Assembly: GCF_000025945.1 (NCBI RefSeq)
Contig: NC_006138.1
Coordinates: 1,680,001 to 1,712,000, forward strand
DNA length: 32,000 nucleotides
Source: Desulfotalea psychrophila LSv54
GTDB taxonomy: Bacteria > Desulfobacterota > Desulfobulbia > Desulfobulbales > Desulfocapsaceae
Reading direction: 5' to 3'
In this document: positions 9,853 to 19,400 of the stretch, one piece after another
Layout of the letters: each line of letters opens with the position of its first letter
Numbering within the stretch: the first letter of the stretch is position 1
The notes under the pieces: model-generated
Told to the model about the DNA's origin: nothing
Seen by the model: only the letters and a program-made list of their open reading frames with translations
The model's database searches: none
Made by a program: the position numbers and the translations under genes

Positions 9853-10484
9853 CTGCTTTTCACCGTGTTCTCCGTAGCTGGGTAAATGCTCAAGCATCAG
9901 GCGCCTCTGCAACATTTACTACAATCCATTTAGGTCCGTATTCACCAGCATCAAGCAGCAGTAGTGCTCTTGCCTGTAAAACGGTTTGGCCAGCTCATCT
10001 GGCCTGCCCCCGCCGACGGGATGAAAACTTTCTCATCCGTAATTTTAAATCAGTGCCTTGGCTGAATATACCCATCCTCTCACCTTGTGAAATCCCCCAA
10101 TAATTCAGGACAATAACTAATATATCAGGGTTCAATCTGTTTAGGGAAGGTTGATCTGCTCTCAGCCAGAGATGCCTGTTTGTAATTGTCAAGTTAAAAA
10201 GCCCTGGCTATGGGGCTGTTCCGCCATAATTCTGGAACCTTAGGCCTTGGCTCGCTAAAACAAATTGGCTAAAGAGTCGCAGACTCAACGGCATAGCTTG
10301 GCGTTTTGAACTGCTGGTCAGGAGGCTTTTTCTTTGATTTATTTTTGCCTTCTCTTTCTTGTTCTCGTATCCTGAAAGAGGACATCTGGTTACAGGGGTC
10401 GATGTCTTCTTACTATATCCTCGTAGTTTTCTGGCATAATTTTTCTGTGATTGTTGTGCTGCATGGAAATTTAACATAACTCTG

Positions 10485-13400
10485 ATGAGAGTGAGGTTAC
10501 GGATGACGGGATGGTCATTATTTTCTGAGCGAAGCGTGCTGGTTTTATGTAAAAAATCGATTGCACTCACCCTTGCGGCAACGATGATGTTACCGCTTAC
10601 TGTAATTGCCAATCCGACCGGGGAGCAGGTGGTCACCGGCTCCGCCTCCTTTAATCGGTCTCATAATAGACTGGATATTAATCAGGGGACAAATTCGGCC
10701 ATTATTAACTGGCAGGACTTCTCCATTGGGGCCGGCGAGACAACGAAATTCATTCAACCATCAGCCACCAGTGCTGTCCTGAACAGGGTTGTCTCCGGCA
10801 ACCCCTCTCAAATTTACGGTAACCTGACTGCCAATGGTCAGGTTTATCTGGTAAACCAGAATGGTATCCTCGTCGGTCCCTCCGGTATGGTTGATACCAA
10901 GGGCTTTGTCGCCTCTACCCTCGATGTGGCAAATGAGGCCTTTTTGGCCGGTGGAGATCTCACCTTTTTTGGTGATTCAGGCGCAAACCTTATCAACCTG
11001 GGAATGATTAATGCCGTTGAGGGCGATGTACTGCTTATTGCCCATAGCGTACAAAATGCCGGAACGATAACGGCCAAAGAGGGAACTGTGGCTCTGGCGG
11101 CGGGCAGTGAAGTCCTTGTCTGTGCCTCGGGTGAGAAACGGATCTATATTCGTGCGGGTGCCTCCGATGGGAAGGTGGAAAATAGCGGTCTGATCGATTC
11201 AGTCAGTGCGGAGCTTAAGGCGCTGGGTGGTAACGAATTCGCCCTTGCTGTTAATAATACAGGGCTTGTGCGGGCAACAGCGCTTGAAGAGCGTGGCGGT
11301 CGGATTTGGTTGGTCTCAGCGACGGGCACAACCGAAAATAGTGGCACACTCACAGCCAAACGGGGCGATAAGGGTGGTGAGGTGCAGGTGCTTGGTGACC
11401 GTGTAGCCCTGACCGGTAGTTCTCTTATCGATGTTTCCGGCGACAGTGGTGGTGGTACAGCTCTGGTCGGCGGGGACTATCAGGGTAAAAATAGTGCTGT
11501 AAAAAATGCCGTAAAGACCTATGTGGGTAAAAAGACCTTAATTAGAGCAGACGCCGGTTATAATGGTCATGGCGGTAAGGTAATAGTGTGGGCCGATGAG
11601 GGTACTCAGTTTGCCGGAACTATCTCCGCCAGAGGTGGGGCAGAGGGGGGTGATGGTGGCTTTGCCGAGGTATCCGGTAAAAAAGTGCTTGCATATCAGG
11701 GCACAACCGATCTGCGTGCCCCGGCGGGTGAGACGGGTACCCTCCTGCTTGATCCCTATAGCATTACTATTCAAGAAAGGGGTGATTTTCCGACGCCTCC
11801 CTTTGAGCCTACGAAAGATAAGTCAATTATAGGTGTTGATGTCCTGCAGGGGGCCCTTGCATCTGGTAACGTGACTATTTCCACCCATGGTGATGGTTTG
11901 GGCACGCAAGATGGTGATATCACAGTGTTGGCCCCCATTGAGTGGAGTTCCGGCAGCGATCTGGTCATGGAGGCTGCCAATGATATTTTTATTAATGCCG
12001 ATATTTCTTCGCTCGGCAGTGGCACCGTCACCATTAAGGGAGCATCGATCGCGATCAACAATTCGATTCGCACCAAGGGTGGCAATCTGAATTTAACCGC
12101 AAGCATCGGCACTGTCACCATGGCGGACGGTGCCAGCCTCACCACTACGGCTGAGGAGAATAGCCTTACTTCATCGGGCAGTGTCACCGTTACGGCGGAG
12201 ACCGCCATAAGCCTGCAAGATATCATTACAACCGGGGCGAGTAACGCCCCCTTCTCCAGCAGTGCTGGCGGCAGTATTATGATAGCGGGCAGGAGCATCT
12301 CTCTCCATGGCAATTTGGCTGCGACTAGTGCTTCAGGGACAGGTGGTTCTGTTGATCTGAATGGCCTCGTGGTACTTACCGCTGATTGTTCTGTGACCAC
12401 CAATGCTGCTGCTGTCAACTTTACTTCCAGTATCGACTCAGATGGCACCCCTCATAGTCTGGCCATAGAAGCTGGTGGTGGAACGGTCGTGTTCAAGGGC
12501 GCGATTGGTCAAATGGCTCCCTTGGCCAGCTTGACGGTGACGTCGGCGTCTCAGGTTGACATTGAAAAGAACGTTACCACCAATAGCACTGGTGGCCTAT
12601 CGGTTACCTCTTCCACTATCCGTCTCGGCGATGATGACGATTTGCCTCCGGGTTCGGACGCCATGACCATCAACACCCTGGTGAGTGCTGGCCCCGTCAG
12701 CCTGAATGCCTCAAACATCTACCTAGACGATGCGGTGACCTTTGTCCGTGGTAGCGGGGCGATCATTTTTACTGGGAACCTGACTAGCCAAGCAGGTAAA
12801 CACCATCATCTGACCTTCATCGGTACGGGCGGCGGTGCCATCACTGTGACCGGTGAGATTGGTGCCATCGACCACCGACTTGGCAATATCCTGGTTAACA
12901 GTGTCACCGATCTCACCTTTTCCGGGCAGGTCTTCGCCGGAAGCCTGGTCTCGCTGAACGGTACCGGACAGGTTAATATTGGCGGTGTCCAGGGCTATGA
13001 CGATGCCAACGGTTTGCAGCTGGAAACTTCTGGCACGGCCAATGCTTTTGCCGATGACGAAAACATTATCATTCACTCTGATGTCACCCTGAGTAATCCG
13101 GCTGCTCCCCTCAGCATCAGCACGCCCATGGGGAATATTGATATCGTTGACAATGCCAAGCTGACCACGGAGGGGGGCTCTATAAGCTTATCGGCCGGGG
13201 GGGAGGCGCTGACGCTGGGAGAGGCTACGGAATTGAATAGCAAGGGGGGGGCTATAAACTTATCGGCCGGGGGCGGGGTGCTGACGCTGGGAGAGCTTAC
13301 GAAACTGAATAGCACGGGGGGGGCTATAAGTTTATCGGCCGGGGGCGGGGCGCTGACGCTGAAAAATGCTACGGAACTGAATAGCAAGGGGGGGGGGATA

Positions 13401-16400
13401 AGTTTATCGGCCGAGGGCGGGGCGCTGACGCTGGGAGGGACTGCGAAACTGGAGAGCACGAGTGGCCTGATTAGCCTGACCGGCAAGGGGGTATTACAAT
13501 CGGCCAACTCTGTTATCAAAACTCATGCTGGCAGTATTTATATCGATGGTGGGGCTAGCCCCATCACCCTGGCTGGCCTAGTACAAAGCACTGATGCCGG
13601 CGAAATTAAAATAGTTAACGCCACCGATGTTATCCTGAACTTCATTGGAACTTTTGGTACGGTGATATTGGGTGAGGTAGGCAAGGAACTTACCGGTACC
13701 GTCAGCCAGCCGGCGGGTGGCATCATTTACGCATCCACTCTCATGGGTGATGCGCATGAGGTCACGATCATGAATAGCATGATCGGCAATCTGGGCGCCT
13801 TCAAGGCCACTGGCGCCATGACCTTGCAGGATAATAAAGGACCGAGTACTGCTGCAGGTCTGAAATTGACGGGCAATGTCACGGTGGGAGCTGCCAGCAC
13901 GATTGAAACCCGTGATGGCCTTTTGGACCTCGGCGCCTTCAGCTTGAATGCCGCAGGCTTCGGCCTTAGCCTCACCGGTGTGGGCGTATCGCAGGGTGAT
14001 GGCTCGGCAATCTTGGCCAGCACCGCCGATATTAATGGCGGATCTGGCGACATTTCGCTCTTCAGTGCCTTCAATGATTTCACCGGGCAGGTAAGGGTCA
14101 ACTCCAGCGGTTCTCAGGTTTCTATCCGGGACGCTAATCAGCTCAGCATGAAGACCCTGGGCAAACTGGCTGCAACCACCTCTATTAAAGCCTGGGCGGG
14201 CACCACGCTCCTACTCACGCTCGAGGACATTGCCACCACCTCCGGCAATATTGAATTTTGCTCCCTTAACGGCGACCTCTCGACACCGGGCAAGCTGGCT
14301 ACCGGCTCCGGCAGTGTACTCGTCTCTGCAAAAAATCAAGTCACTCTCTCTCGGAGTATTATCTCCACCTCAGGCGATCTGAAGGTCGACGCTGCCACCA
14401 TAACCCAGTCCTCTGGATCGTCAGTCGAGCCACTGCTGCTGAAAACCGGTAGTGCCGGCACCATCACCGTCACTGCCACCGACGGTATTGTTATGGGGCA
14501 GTATTGCAGCTACCTGTCCGATACCGGCACCATTGCCATTAAAACGGGCGGTTCGGCTGATCTGGCCGACATTACCTCTAACGGAACCTTGACAGTGAAT
14601 GCCGTCGGCTCGGTGCAGCAGACTGGGGCTGGCATCCTTCATGCTGCCCAGCTCTCTATCACTGCCAAGGATGTGGAACTGAAGAACGCCAATGAGGTGG
14701 ACACATTGGCAGCAGATCTGAGTGGGAACCTAGCCTTTGTCAATAACCAGACTCTGACTGTCGGCAGTGTCGATAGCACAGTCGGCATCTCTGCCAAGGC
14801 CTCGGTCCTCCTACGGACGACTGATGGGGATCTGTTTCTGGAACAGACCGTGACAGGTGGATCTGACATTGTTCTGGTTTCAGCAGAAAATTTCACCAAC
14901 AATGTTGACAAGGACGCGCTGTCCGTTGGTGTTGGCAACAGCTGGCAGGTCTGGTCTAAGACTCCGACGCTACCAGGTGCTCTTAAGGGATTGGTCCCGA
15001 ATTTTAAACAGTACAATGCAACCTATGGAACTACATCAGTTGCAACCGGAGCCACTGGCAATGGTCTGCTCTATACCCTGGCACCTAAGTTGACTGTGGC
15101 CCTTCAGGGCGCTGTGGAGCGGAGCTATAATGGGGGGGTGGACGCGACTCTTGCCCAGGATAACTACTTGATTGCTGGAAGTTTAACCGGGGATTCGGTT
15201 GTGTTGAGTACTGCAGGAAAGTTTGAAAACAAGCATGTCGATGACAATAAAAAGATCACTGTTAATGTGACCATTGACTCTGCCAGTCAGGGTGGCATTT
15301 TAGTGTACGGTTATCAGCTGGCGACTGGCTCGGAGTTGATTGAGGCCAAAATTGGTAAAATTATTCCTGTCAATTTGACCATTACCACCGATGCTGTGAG
15401 CAAGACCTATGACGGCAGTTTTAATGCGTCTGGTCAGGCGGCTGTTGCCTCAGGCACTCTGTTTGATACCGATAGTATTAGTGGTGGAACCTTTGCCTTT
15501 ACCAATGCCAATGCAGGAATCGGTAACAAGGTAGTGACCGTCTCAGACGTCACCGTTACCGATGGTAACGGCGGCAGTAACTATCTCGTGAACTATGCAA
15601 AAAATAGCACCAGCACCATCAATAAGGCTTCCTTGACCATCAGCAGTTCTGATGTGACCAAGACCTATGACGGTAATGTGACGGCAGCGGGTAGTGCGAA
15701 AGTGACTGCCGGTACCCTGTACAACAACGTTAGCAATAAAGGTGTCTTGGATAGTATCAGCGGTGGTAGCTTCGAATTTACCGATGCCAATGCAGGAATC
15801 GGTAATAAGGCAGTAAGCGTCGATGTTGTCACAGTCAACGACGGGAACAGTGGTAATAACTACGCGGTCATCTATGCAAAAAATAGCACCAGCACCATCA
15901 ATAAGGCTTCCTTGACCATCAGCAGTTCTGATGTGACCAAGACCTATGACGGTAATGTGACGGCAGCGGGTAGTGCGAAAGTGACTGCCGGTACCCTGTA
16001 CAACAACGTTAGCAATAAAGGTGTCCTGGATAGTATCAGCGGTGGTAGCTTCGAATTTACCGATGCCAATGCAGGAATCGGTAATAAGGCAGTAAGCGTC
16101 GATGTTGTCACGGTCAACGACGGGAACAGTGGTAATAACTACGCGGTCATCTATGCAAAAAATAGCACCAGCACCATCAATAAGGCTTCCTTGACCATCA
16201 GCAGTTCTGATGTGACCAAGACCTATGACGGTAATGTGACGGCAGCGGGTAGTGCGAAAGTGACTGCCGGTACCCTGTACAACAACGTTAGCAATAAAGG
16301 TGTCCTGGATAGTATCAGCGGTGGTAGCTTCGAATTTACCGATGCCAATGCAGGAATCGGTAATAAGGCAGTAAGCGTCGATGTTGTCACGGTCAACGAC

Positions 16401-19400
16401 GGGAACAGTGGTAATAACTACGCGGTCATCTATGCAAAAAATAGCACCAGCACCATCAATAAGGCTTCCCTGACCATCAGCAGTTCCGATGTGACCAAGA
16501 CCTATGACGGTAATGTGAAGGCAGCGGGTAGTGCGAAAGTGACTGCCGGTACCCTGTACAACAACGTTAGCAATAAAGGTGTCCTGGATAGTATCAGCGG
16601 TGGTAGCTTCGAATTTACCGATGCCAATGCAGGAATCGGTAATAAGGCAGTAAACGTCGATGTTGTCACAGTCAACGACGGGAACAGTGGTAATAACTAC
16701 GCGGTCATCTATGCAAAAAATAGCACCAGCACCATCAATAAGGCTTCCCTGACCATCAGCAGTTCCGATGTGACCAAGACCTATGACGGTAATGTGAAGG
16801 CAGCGGGTAGTGCGAAAGTGACTGCCGGTACCCTGTACAACAACGTTAGCAATAAAGGTGTCCTGGATAGTATCAGCGGTGGTAGCTTCGAATTTACCGA
16901 TGCCAATGCAGGAATCGGTAATAAGGCAGTAAACGTCGATGTTGTCACGGTCAACGACGGGAACAGTGGTAATAACTACGCGGTCATCTATGCAAACAAT
17001 AGCACCAGCACCATCAATAAGGCTTCCCTGACCATCAGCAGTTCCGATGTGACCAAGACCTATGACGGTAATGTGAAGGCAGCGGGTAGTGCGAAAGTGA
17101 CTGCCGGTACCCTGTACAACAACGTTAGCAATAAAGGTGTCCTGGATAGTATCAGCGGTGGTAGCTTCGAATTTACCGATGCCAATGCAGGAATCGGTAA
17201 TAAGGCAGTAAACGTCGATGTTGTCACGGTCAACGACGGGAACAGTGGTAATAACTACGCGGTCATCTATGCAAAAAATAGCACCAGCACCATCAATAAG
17301 GCTTCCCTGACCATCAGCAGTTCCGATGTGACCAAGACCTATGACGGTAATGTGACGGCAGCGGGTAGTGCGAAAGTGACTGCTGGTACCCTGTACAACA
17401 ACGTTAGCAATAAAGGTGTCCTGGATAGTATCAGCGGTGGTAGCTTCGAATTTACCGATGCCAATGCAGGAATCGGTAATAAGGCAGTAAACGTCGATGT
17501 TGTTACGGTCAACGACGGGAACAGTGGTAATAACTACGCGGTCATCTATGCAAACAATAGCACCAGCACCATCAATAAGGCTTCCCTGACCATCAGCAGT
17601 TCCGATGTGACCAAGACCTATGACGGTAATGTGAAGGCAGCGGGTAGTGCGAAAGTGACCGCCGGTACCCTGTACAACAACGTTAGCAATAAAGGTGTCC
17701 TGGATAGTATCAGCGGTGGTAGCTTCGAATTTACCGATGCCAATGCAGGAATCGGTAATAAGGCAGTAAACGTCGATGTTGTTACGGTCAACGACGGGAA
17801 CAGTGGTAATAACTACGCGGTCATCTATGCAAAAAATAGCACCAGCACCATCAATAAGGCTTCCCTGACCATCAGCAGTTCCGATGTGACCAAGACCTAT
17901 GACGGTAATGTGACGGCAGCGGGTAGTGCGAAAGTGACTGCTGGTACCCTGTACAACAACGTTAGCAATAAAGGTGTCCTGGATAGTATCAGCGGTGGTA
18001 GCTTCGAATTTACCGATGCCAATGCAGGAATCGGTAATAAGGCAGTAAACGTCGATGTTGTCACGGTCAACGACGGGAACAGTGGTAATAACTACGCGGT
18101 CATCTATGCAAACAATAGCACCAGCACCATCAATAAGGCTTCCCTGACCATCAGCAGTTCCGATGTGACCAAGACCTATGACGGTAATGTGACGGCAGCG
18201 GGTAGTGCGAAAGTGACTGCTGGTACCCTGTACAACAACGTTAGCAATAAAGGTGTCCTGGATAGTATCAGCGGTGGTAGCTTCGAATTTACCGATGCCA
18301 ATGCAGGAATCGGTAATAAGGCAGTAAACGTCGATGTTGTCACAGTCAACGACGGGAACAGTGGTAATAACTACGCGGTCATCTATGCAAAAAATAGCAC
18401 CAGCACCATCAATAAGGCTTCCTTGACCATCAGCAGTTCTGATGTGACCAAGACCTATGACGGTAATGTGACGGCAGCGGGTAGTGCGAAAGTGACTGCC
18501 GGTACCCTGTACAACAACGTTAGCAATAAAGGTGTCCTGGATAGTATCAGCGGTGGTAGCTTCGAATTTACCGATGCCAATGCAGGAATCGGTAATAAGG
18601 CAGTAAGCGTCGATGTTGTCACGGTCAACGACGGGAACAGTGGTAATAACTACGCGGTCATCTATGCAAAAAATAGCACCAGCACCATCAATAAGGCTTC
18701 CCTGACCATCAGCAGTTCCGATGTGACCAAGACCTATGACGGTAATGTGACGGCAGCGGGTAGTGCGAAAGTGACTGCCGGTACCCTGTACAACAACGTT
18801 AGCAATAAAGGTGTCCTGGATAGTATCAGCGGTGGTAGCTTCGAATTTACCGATGCCAATGCAGGAATCGGTAATAAGGCAGTAAGCGTCGATGTTGTCA
18901 CGGTCAACGACGGGAACAGTGGTAATAACTACGCGGTCATCTATGCAAAAAATAGCACCAGCACCATCAATAAGGCTTCCCTGACCATCAGCAGTTCCGA
19001 TGTGACCAAGACCTATGACGGTAATGTGAAGGCAGCGGGTAGTGCGAAAGTGACTGCCGGTACCCTGTACAACAACGTTAGCAATAAAGGTGTCCTGGAT
19101 AGTATCAGCGGTGGTAGCTTCGAATTTACCGATGCCAATGCAGGAATCGGTAATAAGGCAGTAAACGTCGATGTTGTCACGGTCAACGACGGGAACAGTG
19201 GTAATAACTACGCGGTCATCTATGCAAACAATAGCACCAGCACCATCAATAAGGCTTCCCTGACCATCAGCAGTTCCGATGTGACCAAGACCTATGACGG
19301 TAATGTGACGGCAGCGGGTAGTGCGAAAGTGACTGCTGGTACCCTGTACAACAACGTTAGCAATAAAGGTGTCCTGGATAGTATCAGCGGTGGTAGCTTC

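Noticed and set aside
9702-10103. ORF containing IPLRFTAA repeats as a genuine protein
   Set aside because: The repeated peptide is simply the translation of the 3x24-bp DNA repeat, and nothing recognisable surrounds it.
11771-13519. Several minus-strand ORFs (11771-12448, 12723-13076, 13073-13519) opposite the adhesin
   Set aside because: Low-complexity Pro/Ser/Val-rich translations opposite a clear sense gene; no recognisable domains.
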